Positions 25,001-38,259 of a stretch of DNA of 64,000 nt are shown here, piece after piece. The stretch's first letter is position 1; every line of letters starts with the position of its first letter. The notes beneath the pieces are model-generated. The model did not search any database. It saw only the letters and a list, made by a program, of their open reading frames with translations, and was not told the origin of the DNA. Source of the stretch: Bispira polyomma (taxonomy: Eukaryota); NCBI GenBank assembly GCA_965649765.1, contig OZ287754.1:35898001-35962000 (forward strand), read 5' to 3'. A program made the translations under genes and the position numbers.

Positions 25001-28000
25001 TTTTTTAAACATAAGAAATATTTCTTCAAGGAGGTTATGTTTTCAGAGGAAACGACTTGGCTTTGAGGTTTTATTCTGTACATATTTGGTTACATTATAT
25101 AATACAAATATATAATAAAAAGTATCTTAAATTTCAATGAACAAACTACACCCTTTCTGCACAGCAGTGTTAACAAATTTATCATTGGGATAGTCCACCA
25201 TATAAGAACATGGTGTAGGGTAAACACCAACTTACTTCTCCCACCTGAGTGTTAAGAGTGAAGAAGCCTTCACAGATGAGCTACAAAATTACAATTTGTA
25301 AATCAAGATATTTGGAAAAATGAAAGAGGATGGGGGAGGGTACATTTTTGTCGTTATGATTTATTATTATTTTTTATTATGCATTTTTAACACGTTTTAT
25401 TGATACTAGGCGACTTCTAAAGCACAACAGAAAAATCAGTGATCCAATCGGAGTTAGGGAGTTAGCCACAGTTATAGCAGTGTCCAGAAACAGGTGGTTT
25501 CGGATTCTTTTGATGTCATGAATGTGGTAATAGCAGGAGCAATGATTTTAGGAATTTAGTGTCTTTCTTGTTTTCAATGAGAATGAATTGAGTTTTGTCA
25601 GGAGTTTATTACAATTTGAAGTAATTCATCCACCCCTAGAAAGCAGACAGACATCACTATTTTTATTTGCATTTTGAGGAGAGATAGGCTTGAGTGTCAT
25701 CAGCATACATGTGGTGTTTTATATTATGATTATTGATGACAGTGCTGAGAGGATGTGTATAGCGGATGAAAATTAGAGGCCCAAGAACAGATCCCTGGGG
25801 TACTTCGTATGCTAGGTTAATGGAAGATGATAAGGGATCATCTAGTTTAATTCTTTGTGCTCTAAGAGTGAGGTAGGATCTGATCCAATAAAGGGCCGTG
25901 CCTTTTGTTCCGAACCACTGCTTGAGAGTGTCATAAAGTAGATCGTGATCAATAGTGTCGAATGCTGCTGAAAGATCTAAAATTGTGACAGCCACTGTTT
26001 CTGATGTTTTGTCTGTTAAGGTGGTCAGAAAATTGTTGTGCCACAGCTTTCTGGATGACCTTAGAGACAAAGCTGAGATTTGACACTGGTCAATAGTTTT
26101 GAGCTGGTTCTTATCAAGCCCTGGTTTTTTTTAGCAAAGAAGTAACATTTGCAGTTTTAAAACAGGTGGAGAAAATACCATCCTGAAGATTATGTGTTGG
26201 TTATGGCTGTGATTAAAATGTCAAGGCATTGATTTAAAATATTGGCTGGGATAGGATCTAGTGTACAAGATTTAATAGGAGAGAATTTCATGAGTTTAAG
26301 AACATCCATGGAAAAGTCTATGGAAATGAAATAGGTTAGAAACCTTATAGCCTGGGATTAGAGGGAAGAAATGAGACATTTTTAAAAACATTCACGAATG
26401 TTGCTGATTTTATCAATGAAAAATTTGCCAAATTTATCTGCTAAAAATGTAAGACAGTGATTTATGGGGAGATTTTTGATGGAGAATTTTATTTATGGAG
26501 GCCCAAAACCTTTTAGGACTCCTTTTTGGCACTAGATATCAGCTTGTTGCACTTGTTCCTGGCGATATAGTAACAGCTTCTATCAAATGAGGATTTGGTA
26601 TGACGCCATTGATGCTCAAGTTGGCGTTTGAGTCTTTTAGCCTCTGTGATGGCGGCATTGATCTATTCATGGTGGTTTGGGGGGAAGGGTTTTAGATAAC
26701 CAAGGAGCGTGTTTATCAAGGATAGTTGAAAGGCTATGATTGCATTGTGAGCTGATGCTGTCAGCGTTTTTGCACAGATTTTTTATGAGATTTGATGCAT
26801 GGATGTTGTCTCTAAATTTGTCAATATTGATTATTCTGATATTTTGGTATTTTATCACGCAAGGGTATTGTGAGGCCGGTACTGGCAAATTTAGATAGGC
26901 AAAGGTTGTGGCATCAGTTTTGCTACGGCGTAATTATGCCATCGCCAGTGAGGGCCAGCTCATCACAGTGGTTTGCTATCAACATTTAACACTAAGAGGA
27001 CTATGCTAGTTCATACATAATAGGTGGCATGAACTGCAGCAGTGGAATGCGGCTTTAAAGTTATTCAACATTCCCTGTTTTTACCTGACCTTTCATCCTC
27101 ACACTCAATTATGAATACTGTGGAAGCTATTCTTAAGTGATAATGACGTTATTGGGCACTTGACACCTTTTAAGAGGAACAATACACTAAGTGCATGCTG
27201 AGTTGATTCATTAATATGTTCTCTGTAATAAGCGTCACGCACCATTGACTCTGTTATAAAACTTTCCTTAATCCAGCCACGAGCTAGAATGTGACATATT
27301 TTCCACAGAACTAACCCACCAGTTATGACAAACAAGGTGTCCAAATACTGATTGTAAGATATAATATATATACTAATAAGATACAAGTAGCTTTTACATT
27401 TTCTGTATTCTACAGTCACCATATCATATGAAGCACCAATAAAATTTAAAAAGCCAAAATAAGGTACCTTGAATTTTAAAATTTTATGCTATTTTTCTTT
27501 CCAAAAAATGAGATGACGTCGCCCAATTATTTCATCATTGAAACAATTGGATCAAGTGAGAACACACTTATGCAATCAATTAAAAATAATTCACTGTATT
27601 TCCTTGATAAGATCTGAACACTTATTTAGAAAGGATGAAAATGTCAAAACTACTCAGGTCAGTATAGTTTATGTAAAGGAATGCATAAAGTTCTTTTATA
27701 ATACCAGGAAACTTCTAAATATAATTGCATTAAGTTATCTTATAATACCAGGTAACTCCTGATAAAGTTGCATTAGGTTCTCTTACAATACCAGGTAATT
27801 CCTGATATAGTTGCATTAAGTTCTTTTACAATGCCAGGTAACTCCTGATATAATTGTATTAAGTTCTCTTATAATACCAGGTAACTCCTGATATAGTTGC
27901 ATTAGGTTCTCTTATAATACCAGGTAATTCCTGATATAGTTGCATTAAGTTCTTTTACAATACCAGGTAATTCCTGATATAGTTGCATTAACTTCTTTTA

Positions 28001-30822
28001 CAATACCAGGTAATTCCTGATATAGTTGCATTAGGTTCTCTTATAATACCAGGTAACTCCTGATATAGTTGCATTACGTTTTGATTTGGCTTTGGCAATG
28101 TTTCAAAAATTTTAAATATTTTTAAAATTTCTTTTACAAATGTAAATACATACAAAGGTATAAAAATAAATGTCCCAAACTAGCATCACACTTCATTACC
28201 TCTGGAAGGTCAACACCCACTCATAATCATCATACTGACTATACAGATCAGATCACACGTTATGACCTTGAGGGTAAAAAATCAATGAGTATTCACATGA
28301 ACATTTTTGGCCTTAAAGGTTACAAGGATACATTTCATAGTGACTGTAGAAGTCACTGCCAACCTTAGTTGCCATTTAGTCGCAGAAATTAACCCCCTTA
28401 TAGTATTCATTAGTTGCATACTTGCTTATTTGTGAGCAGCTAATCAGAAACTATAGTTATAAAGGTTTTCCCGCTCTTTCTGTAAATCTGCCACAAATTA
28501 AATAGATGACAGAGTGATAACATATAAATATTTGTTCCCAACCCTCCACACATTTTCTAACAAAATCTGTTATAGTAACTGTTGTGAGGTTAGTTAACCT
28601 CGTATTTTGGGTCAGTTGACCCCTTTGTGTACATACTATGTGAGGCAATGTTTTAAAAAATTTAAATATTTTAAAATTTTCTTGTACAAATGTAAATACA
28701 TACAAAGATGTGAAAATAAATATTCCAAACTAGCATCAGACTTCATTACCTCTGCAAGGTCAACACCCACTTATAATCATTATACTGACTATACAGGTCA
28801 GATCACACGTTATGACGTCAACGTTATGAGTATTCACCGGAACATTTTTTACCTTAAAGGTCACAAGGATACATTTCATAGCGACTGTACACACCAAATG
28901 TATGTGCACTTCACTTTTTTAAACATAAGAAATATTTCTTCAAGGAGGTTATGTTTTCAGAGGAAACGACTTGGCTTTGAGGTTTTATTCTGTACATATT
29001 TGGTTACATTATATAATACAAATATATAATAAAAAGTATCTTAAATTTCAATGAACAAACTACACCCTTTCTGCACAGCAGTGTTAACAAATTTATCATT
29101 GGGATAGTCCACCATATAAGAACATGGTGTAGGGTAAACACCAACTTACTTCTCCCACCTGAGTGTTAAGAGTGAAGAAGCCTTCACAGATGAGCTACAA
29201 AATTACAATTTGTAAATCAAGATATTTGGAAAAATGAAAGAGGATGGGGGAGGGTACATTTTTGTCGTTATGATTTATTATTATTTTTTATTATGCATTT
29301 TTAACACGTTTTATTGATACTAGGCGACTTCTAAAGCACAACAGAAAAATCAGTGATCCAATCGGAGTTAGGGAGTTAGCCACAGTTATAGCAGTGTCCA
29401 GAAACAGGTGGTTTCGGATTCTTTTGATGTCATGAATGTGGTAATAGCAGGAGCAATGATTTTAGGAATTTAGTGTCTTTCTTGTTTTCAATGAGAATGA
29501 ATTGAGTTTTGTCAGGAGTTTATTACAATTTGAAGTAATTCATCCACCCCTAGAAAGCAGACAGACATCACTATTTTTATTTGCATTTTGAGGAGAGATA
29601 GGCTTGAGTGTCATCAGCATACATGTGGTGTTTTATATTATGATTATTGATGACAGTGCTGAGAGGATGTGTATAGCGGATGAAAATTAGAGGCCCAAGA
29701 ACAGATCCCTGGGGTACTTCGTATGCTAGGTTAATGGAAGATGATAAGGGATCATCTAGTTTAATTCTTTGTGCTCTAAGAGTGAGGTAGGATCTGATCC
29801 AATAAAGGGCCGTGCCTTTTGTTCCGAACCACTGCTTGAGAGTGTCATAAAGTAGATCGTGATCAATAGTGTCGAATGCTGCTGAAAGATCTAAAATTGT
29901 GACAGCCACTGTTTCTGATGTTTTGTCTGTTAAGGTGGTCAGAAAATTGTTGTGCCACAGCTTTCTGGATGACCTTAGAGACAAAGCTGAGATTTGACAC
30001 TGGTCAATAGTTTTGAGCTGGTTCTTATCAAGCCCTGGTTTTTTTTAGCAAAGAAGTAACATTTGCAGTTTTAAAACAGGTGGAGAAAATACCATCCTGA
30101 AGATTATGTGTTGGTTATGGCTGTGATTAAAATGTCAAGGCATTGATTTAAAATATTGGCTGGGATAGGATCTAGTGTACAAGATTTAATAGGAGAGAAT
30201 TTCATGAGTTTAAGAACATCCATGGAAAAGTCTATGGAAATGAAATAGGTTAGAAACCTTATAGCCTGGGATTAGAGGGAAGAAATGAGACATTTTTAAA
30301 AACATTCACGAATGTTGCTGATTTTATCAATGAAAAATTTGCCAAATTTATCTGCTAAAAATGTAAGACAGTGATTTATGGGGAGATTTTTGATGGAGAA
30401 TTTTATTTATGGAGGCCCAAAACCTTTTAGGACTCCTTTTTGGCACTAGATATCAGCTTGTTGCACTTGTTCCTGGCGATATAGTAACAGCTTCTATCAA
30501 ATGAGGATTTGGTATGACGCCATTGATGCTCAAGTTGGCGTTTGAGTCTTTTAGCCTCTGTGATGGCGGCATTGATCTATTCATGGTGGTTTGGGGGGAA
30601 GGGTTTTAGATAACCAAGGAGCGTGTTTATCAAGGATAGTTGAAAGGCTATGATTGCATTGTGAGCTGATGCTGTCAGCGTTTTTGCACAGATTTTTTAT
30701 GAGATTTGATGCATGGATGTTGTCTCTAAATTTGTCAATATTGATTATTCTGATATTTTGGTATTTTATCACGCAAGGGTATTGTGAGGCCGGTACTGGC
30801 AAATTTAGATAGGCAAAGGTTG
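19078..30822. repeat. Tandem triplication of a 3914-bp segment (units start at 19078, 22992, 26906)
   Basis: Six ORFs recur with identical translations at +3914 and +7828; junctions read ATAGGCAAAGG-TTG-TGGCATC. Confidence 0.97.
19850..20248. repeat. 43-bp minisatellite, about 9 copies (also at +3914 and +7828)
   Basis: TAATACCAGGTAA(C/T)TCCTGATATAGTTGCATTA(A/G)GTTCT.., period 43. Confidence 0.93.
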
Positions 30823-31480
30823 CTAGATGATCCGAAACCCCATCAGTAATCTAAGCTTTACTGATCAGACTGGAATTGGGTCGGGAAATTACGAGATCAA
30901 GATGTGATTTTGGAGGTGGGAAGGACTGGAGATGAACTGTGAGAAACCAAAACTGTTAAGGAGGCTGTTAAGGTCTTTTGTTGCAGTGTTTTTTATGTCG
31001 ACCTTGATGTTGAAATAACCAAGGATAATATTTTCGAATGGGAGAAGGTTGAGGGTCTCAAGGAATTCGATAAACTCTTGAGTAAAGGTCGTCAGAAAAG
31101 GGATGGGTGGTTGGTCAAAACGGAAAACCAGGAATGACTGATTACCATTCTAAATTTTGCATGTGAATTATTAAACAAAATAAAAAATAAGATTGTTTGT
31201 TGAGAATTTTACCGGAGAAAATAAAAATTTGCCTACTCCTCGTTTTTAGAGCCTTGGAAACTGAAAAAATGTTGTAACCTGGAGGAGTTATATCAGTCAA
31301 GAAAGATGCGGTATCTCTACTACTAAGCCATGTCTCAGAGACGGCAGCAATATCCAAGTCCTTTGCTTTGATCAAATCAATGACTGCAGGCGCCTGTTCT
31401 GTAGAATGCACCAATCTTTAACTAGGATGCTAGAGGTCCTAGATTTATGCTGACGTAGTCGCAGGGAGCAGGCAGTAGAG
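29273..31480 (-). mobile_element. Decayed L2/CR1-type LINE ORF2 (APE + RT); its 3' 1.5 kb is also present at 21445-22994 and 25359-26908
   Basis: AVSETWL (APE), LDLSAAFDTIDH, VPQGSVLGPLIF, YADDTQ; (AAT)n-like tail. Confidence 0.88.
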
Positions 31481-31529
31481 GGTACCAGAAACTATTGCCC
31501 CGGGGGTTTGGTCGACGAGTTATATGCCT

Positions 31530-33784
31530 TTGAAAATATAAAAATGCAGTGTTAGCCTTGTCAAGAGACGCAAAGAAGGATGGGCCTAGTTCAAATTGTT
31601 ATAGCAGTAAAACTGTTGCATAACTTTACTATACAACAAAATTTGCTTGGTGGTTGTTTAACTAATAAAAATGAAACTGATTATTTTTTTCAGAGAAAAG
31701 TTAATAGTTCTAGATCCCTCATTGATCATTTCCTAATATCTAGCAATATAGTTGACTGCTTAATAAAATATACAAGTCTTAATGATGGTGAAAACTGTTC
31801 TGACCATTTACCTGTTAATATTAGATTATCTATTCCAGTTGAATACAGTAGTTACAGTAATCAGAATGTAGAATTTAATAAAAAGTTCAATGTTCAAAAT
31901 GGACCAAATATGACAGAGATGATTGTAAAATAAAACTAAATTGTTATTTAAAAACCATTAAAATCAGTAATAGTGCATTTTCATGTAATGATTTTAAATG
32001 CAGCAGTAAAATGCATTATGATCAAATTTCTAATATTTTCGGGAGTATTATTGATGCTTGTGTACAGGCTAGAATTGATACGTTGCCACAAAACAGTTCT
32101 GGGGTGAATGTCAAGCATATTCCAGGTTTGTCTGAGTGTGTAAAAGATTATAGAGATAAAGCAATATTTTGGCAGAAGGTATGGAAAGATAGCGGTTGTC
32201 CCCGTTCTGGTGCCTTAGCCAATGTGAGAAATCACACAAGATTGTTGTATTACTAAGCGTGTAAAGAAGAATAAAGATTTTATTGTTTCAAATAAAATAG
32301 CAAATAATTTACTCCAGAACAAAAGTAACAGTTTCTGGAGACATGTAAAAGACATTAATGGTTGTAAAAATAAATTACCACACTGAAGAGATGGTCAAAC
32401 GAGTGAAGATAAAATTAGTTCTATTTTTGCTCAGAAACAAAGAGCACTTTATAACTCAGTTTCGTATGATAAAAAGCAATGCAGAATTTGTTGTATGAAA
32501 TCCATAATAATATCATAAATAAATGTGTCAAAGGCAGTTGTTATTGCTCTCATCAGATTAAATGTTCTGATGTTGATGATGCCATAAATGGCTTGAAAGC
32601 TGATAAAGTTAATGTTGAATTTTAATGCTATTCTGATCATCTTATTCATTGTAGTACTCGAATGAAGTATTTGATGTCATTTATGTTTCAATCACTGTTA
32701 GTTCATGGTTATGCTCCAGAGGGAATGCTGTCTTGTACTATTTTATTGATTCCTAATTGTAAACACAAATCATTAAATTCAACAGGTAATTATCATGGTA
32801 TTGCTCTAAGTAGCATTGTTGGAAAATTGTTTGATCGTATAATACCAAATCAACATTGGGGAAAACTAAAGTCTTCAGAACTACAATTTGGTTTCAAGCC
32901 TGGTCATTTAACCACAATGTCTACCTTGGTTGCAAATAAAATGTTAAATATTATTTAAACAATGACTTAGATGTATTTGTATGTTTATTGGACGCTACTA
33001 AAGCTTTTGATTGTGTTGAATGTATAAAATTATTTACAATTATGAGACTTAAATGGTTATGTCTGATGGTAGCTAGGGTCTTGGCTATAATTTATACAAA
33101 TCAGTCAGCAAAACTTAAATGGGGAAATACCACATCTCATACTTTCAATGTCAGAAATGGGGTAAAACAAGGTGGCACATTATCACCCATACTTTTTGCC
33201 TCATATATAGACGGGTTACTTTATCAGCTTAAGTGCTCCAGATTAGGCTGTCATTTAGGTAAATTGTACTTAGGGTGTCTTAGTTATGCTGATAATGTAG
33301 TTTTATTATGCCCTTCTGTAAAGGCTTGAAAACAAATGCTGGATACTGTAGATGTATATGGTTCTGAGTTTAATGTAAAGTTTAACCAAGAAAAATGTAA
33401 ACTAATATATTTCTCTAAAAATGCCTTCAATTGTAATGGAATGACATACAATGGGCTATATATTCCTGTGGAGTACAGTGCCACTCATTTAGGTAACATT
33501 ATTGGTAAAAATTCTAATAAACAAAACATCACTGAAAGTTGTAAAAAGTGTAGTACTCTTACTAATGGAATTCTTACATCATTTCAAGTTGTTTTGCATT
33601 TGTAAGCTATAAACTGTTCAAAATATATTGTATGTCGTTATATGACTCTGTGCTGTGGGATACCTCTTAAAATAAGGTGAATTACTTTTATACTCAGTGG
33701 CGTAAATGTGTCAGAAAAATATCAAAGTTACCTTACAATACTCACTCTGCATCGTTATCGCTGATATGTGAAGACTTCCCTATT
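31530..33784 (+). mobile_element. Decayed non-LTR retrotransposon ORF2 (APE C-terminus + RT), left part, interrupted by YR elements
   Basis: IDHFLIS..SDHLPV, QFGFK, DATKAFD, GVKQGGTLSPILF, YADNVVLL; many stops. Confidence 0.88.
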
Positions 33785-33989
33785 CAGTTCTCCTTGGTGA
33801 AATGGGAAGGTCAAGGTTATGATAAGTTTCAATTTAAGTAGTATGAGATTTCAATTAATAAAATAATTCTAGGTTTGAGGTATTTATTTTCTGTACATTG
33901 TTAATCAGATATGTATGTACAAGTAGGGATAAAATAGGAATTTTTTTTTAAAATTTACAATTTTTAAAAACACCCAAGCCAAACTAAAA

Positions 33990-34945
33990 CTAGGGTATAG
34001 AGGAGGCAAAGGTGAGAAGAACAGCAGAAATGGCATCAGAATTATGGTGAAGATAGGACCATACTGCAGATGACCTCCAAAGGCCATGGGCTATTATGTT
34101 TTGAAGGGATACATTGTGATTGAAGGCAAATGTAGCCCCTGACCTTCTAAAAGTGTGAAATGTGTGTTCCTTAAGTGAAATACCTATGTGTGTAAGGACT
34201 GTGGCCAAGGCTTAACGGACATGTGATTCTATAACTGGGAAATAAGGTGGGGATGAAGTAAAAAAGTGGGGCCTCTGGCGAAAGTGGCCGAGATTGTAGT
34301 AGCTTTCTAAGGGCCTCTACTGGGCACAATGTTATATTTTTAATGAAGGGATTTGTAGAACATGGAATTGGGACCTATTTTGAAGGTTCTTTGCCCACTT
34401 CAAGATGAGGTGGGCGCCAGGGTGGCCAAACACAATGTCCTTTCTTAAAAAGTGACGTGTTGGGTCAAATTTTGACCTTGAGTGTGGAGCTATATTCGAG
34501 ATTCGGAGAAATCCGAAGAAAGCCATTATAAAAATTGCCCTGTATAGTAAAGGGTCATTGAGGATGTCACATGCTTTGAAAATAAGTATCAAATGGAAAA
34601 TCCCCTTTGGGGAGGGAGTGAAAGGTGAGGTATGTGTTAGGCTTCTGGTGAATAGAGCCACAGTGTTATTCTGTAATATATTAATGTCCCAGTGGAATTT
34701 AGCAGGCATGTGTTTTATGGAAGCTATGTCATTGTTCACCATGTTCACAGATGAACCTGTCTGTACCAAATACTCTAGAAAAGAGATGAAAGAGTGAGTA
34801 GTGATGGTTTGTACTCCAGCATAGCAGTTAAAAGCAATGAAAGTTCTAAACTGGTTCTTGTAAGTTGCTGTGGTCTTAGGACGAAGGGCACTGTTAATTC
34901 TCTGCCATGCTGATGCTGTGAAATTCTGAGTGACGTGGTTTTCAC
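33990..34945 (-). pseudogene. A1 tyrosine recombinase (frameshifted)
   Basis: FFGFLRISN, HTFRRSGAT, HGLW, WSY catalytic motifs. Confidence 0.92.
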
Positions 34946-34951
34946 CTGTAA

Positions 34952-37379
34952 TTATATATTAAGACTTAGATGAAAATAATGCAATGGAATGTTCAGCCAA
35001 GTACATGAGTCCCTTATGATGTTAATCAGACCCTTGTGAGGTGGGTTGTCAGAGAATAACCTTGATAACAAATCGGCTGTAGTGTTCTTTTTCCCCTCAA
35101 TATGTCTGATATCAATAATGATGTCATAAACTGCTGAAATTAACCAAATGTTTTTCAAACAGAGTGCCAAAAATTCATCCTTAGTTTTGTTGGACTTAAC
35201 TACTAGGACTACAGCCATGTTGTCACAGTGTAAGACTATGCGTTTATTAAGGTTTGGCCCGCTGTTGTTTCTGAATGCCATCAACAATCTGTTGATGAAA
35301 ACCCTGGCAGGCTTAACACATTTGTGTATGTAAAGCAACTTACCGAGTATCGACTGAAATTTAGTAAGTGATATCCAACTTTTGTCAACTACTTCTACAC
35401 AAAGTTCGAGAGTTTCTTTAATCTTTTCTGGTGTAATACTTATTGTGCCTTCATCAATGTCAATATCTATGCCAAGGCAGGTAATTCTTGAACTAGGTTT
35501 TGAAATATTTTCCGGATTAAGAGGAAAACCCAAACGGGTTACTAATTCATATAATTCATCGAACACTTTATCTGTTTGGTCGGAAGTTGAGACCCTGATG
35601 TAGTCGTCTACATAACAGAAGATCTTATGGTTGTTCTTGTTTAAGATGTGAGCTATGACATCAGAGCAACGCTGAAACGCCGCCAAGCTGTGGACCCAGC
35701 CAAACGCAACCGCAGGATCGATATACTTGTTATTCTCAAAATGAATGCTTAATTTCATGGCGTCGACTGGGTCCTTATGTTGGAGGGCAGAATGATGATT
35801 AATTGTTTCTTTAACTTGTAAACTGTCATGATTCTGTAGGGATAGGGGAAATCCGAATTTTATGTACTGGATGAGTAATTCATCTGGATAACTACTTAAA
35901 ACCTCTTCCCAGGCCTGAACGTTTAAACGTGAAACCAAAGGAATTCTAGCCCTCCTATAGCTAGGACATTCCGTATCCTTAATTATGTTTGCTATATCTG
36001 ACATTTGTTGTATAGACGTGATGTGTACTGGAGCCTTGTCAGGGCCTATGAATTGAAAATCAGTTTCTGAAGTGGTCAAGAAACCTCTTGTTTTATGGGA
36101 AAAGTTGATATCCCTAACTGGGTAAGCATGCCTAACGTTGTCATATGAATCAATTTTAAGAAAGTTTTCGAAGAAGTCGCACAACGCCGCCTTACCTTTG
36201 TGAAAGGGTTTAACTGTCTTGACCATTGGTGGTCTGTCATTACTGACTACATCAACTTTATTAACATTCAAATCTAGTAACAATTTGTCAATAATACCTA
36301 TTATGTGTTCTGTTTAATTGACATTATATTTATCCTTACAATTAATGTCTTTCTGGTAGTCATGCCAGGCATTTCTAGCCAACCTTTTGTCAACCTTGTC
36401 AACAAATTCGACCCTATAATTGCTATCTCTGTGTACTAGTAGTTGGTGGGAATAAACCCAAATCGTATAGCATTCAATGATGTTGATGCAACCTGCCGGT
36501 GGATGGTCACATTTTAAATATTGGTCACATTGACCTATAATATCGTCCCCCAAAATATAAAATCCAGACAGTTCTGTCTGTTCACATTGTATGTGGGCCA
36601 CAACTGAATTGTGGTTTCTTTCCGGTGTGTGATATAACCAATTGGTCACAGAGACAACAATTTTTATATTAGGCCCCTCAGGGCTACCATACCCAAGCTT
36701 GTCGCTATCAACATTATTTAAACTTATGTAATGACTTTTAACCAGTTCCATGTTGATACAATTACCTGCACCAGCAGTATAATTATCCGTTTGGATATGC
36801 TTCTCATAACTCGAGTTCAGTTTATCTGTGTAAATACTATGGTTAGAATTATATTCAACCCCACTGGAATACTTCTTCTTTCCCATGGCAGTGTTTTGAA
36901 AACAACCCAAGTATTCGTCAGTATCATTACTGCACTCTGTGTTTGGGGAAAACCCCGACAGATCACTACTAGTGGCTGTGCTTACAGAGCGTGACAGTCC
37001 TGTTCTCCTTCCTGACCCCATCATTATACTGCCAGAGCTCAGTACCCATTACATTAGTGATGTCATTATGACCACAATCAAATTCACATTAGTGTCAAAT
37101 ACAGTGTTAACTAAATTCTCCAAGTTAGTACCTTTTGCTACATGTATCTTAGCTGTACTTAACGAGTTAATATTGACATTTTGATTCTAGCCTGTCATTA
37201 ATCACTGTAGCAGGTATTTGACTGACAATCTGTTCAGGTATATTATCCAACGAGTTCATATTAATACTAGCTTTAAACATGTTATTTACTGCTTTGACTG
37301 GTAATTTATCAGCCAGTTCACATTTCATTTCATTACATAATTTATTCTCATTTTCAACTAGTAATAATTGATCTACCAA
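34952..37379 (-). pseudogene. A1 pol (RT, YVDD; partial RNase H) with deletions and frameshifts
   Basis: FGFPL, AFGWVH, YVDD, CLGIDID, SILGKL, HCDN, ADLLSR. Confidence 0.9.
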
Positions 37380-38259
37380 TTTTATTGCTTAACTTTCAAA
37401 CTTAAGCCTACTGTTAATAATTTGAGTTCCTAGTCCTAGTAGTCGTCCTACGTCCTAGCGGTTAGACACCTGAGCCGGATCCGCCTGCTTGGCTGAATTA
37501 GCTTTGTAACATTTTAACTCTGGATGGTATATGTCTTTGTGTAAAACAGTGGCACAATGCCAACAGACATGCTTCAAACCAGCATGATCAGACTTATGTA
37601 ATCACTTTCCCGAATTATATAATTTGCAGATCTTTGTAGCCCTATGTGTGCTGGGGTTCGACCTAGTGGCCTTAGAGTTTGCCATAGCAAGTTGCGAAGC
37701 ACTGAGGCGATTGAGAGCCCACTGTGTGCTATCACCCCACGCCAATCTTCCTTCTTCCACCTCCGTCATACTGGTGGCCCAGGCTGTCCTAACGACCTCC
37801 CAGGGGAGTGAAGATGGGTCCCAAAGTGCCAAAATAACCTGTTGTATCATTTCTCTCGATATGGCAGTGTCCGTAACTTGCAGTGCATTGGCCAACTGGC
37901 CAGACGCCCACTGTGGTAGAGTTAAATTGTCAAAAATTGGTCGCTTGCGTGAGGACTCGCCCGTCCACCCCTCTAGCAGTCACTGCAGGCACGGCATGAC
38001 CCTTCAGTCGAGGGCACAATAAAACACCTTTACTCCCTAGCTAGCTATGCTAGGCACAAAAAAAGTTAGCCATCTTGAATGTTACATATTTTAGAAAGAA
38101 ATACAACGATTTTAAACCTTTTAGTGTTACCTATTTTAGTGTTTTACGTGTTACTTTTACAAATATACGTGTTTTACATATTGTGGAGTAATTCTTTATT
38201 GTGATAAAGTGGTGGAAATCATACACAAACGGACACTCTGAATATATCAGTAGAACACA

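Noticed and set aside
33780-33786. CTATTCA / CTATACA (50053-50059) as a 7-bp TSD of A1-A2
   Set aside because: Imperfect, overlaps bases shared by both element copies, and the LINE frame is restored without invoking a duplication
36314-37024. Separate 236-aa cargo gene in family A (also 47503-48213)
   Set aside because: Same frame as the downstream pol ORF and separated by one stop; best read as the broken pol N-terminal extension
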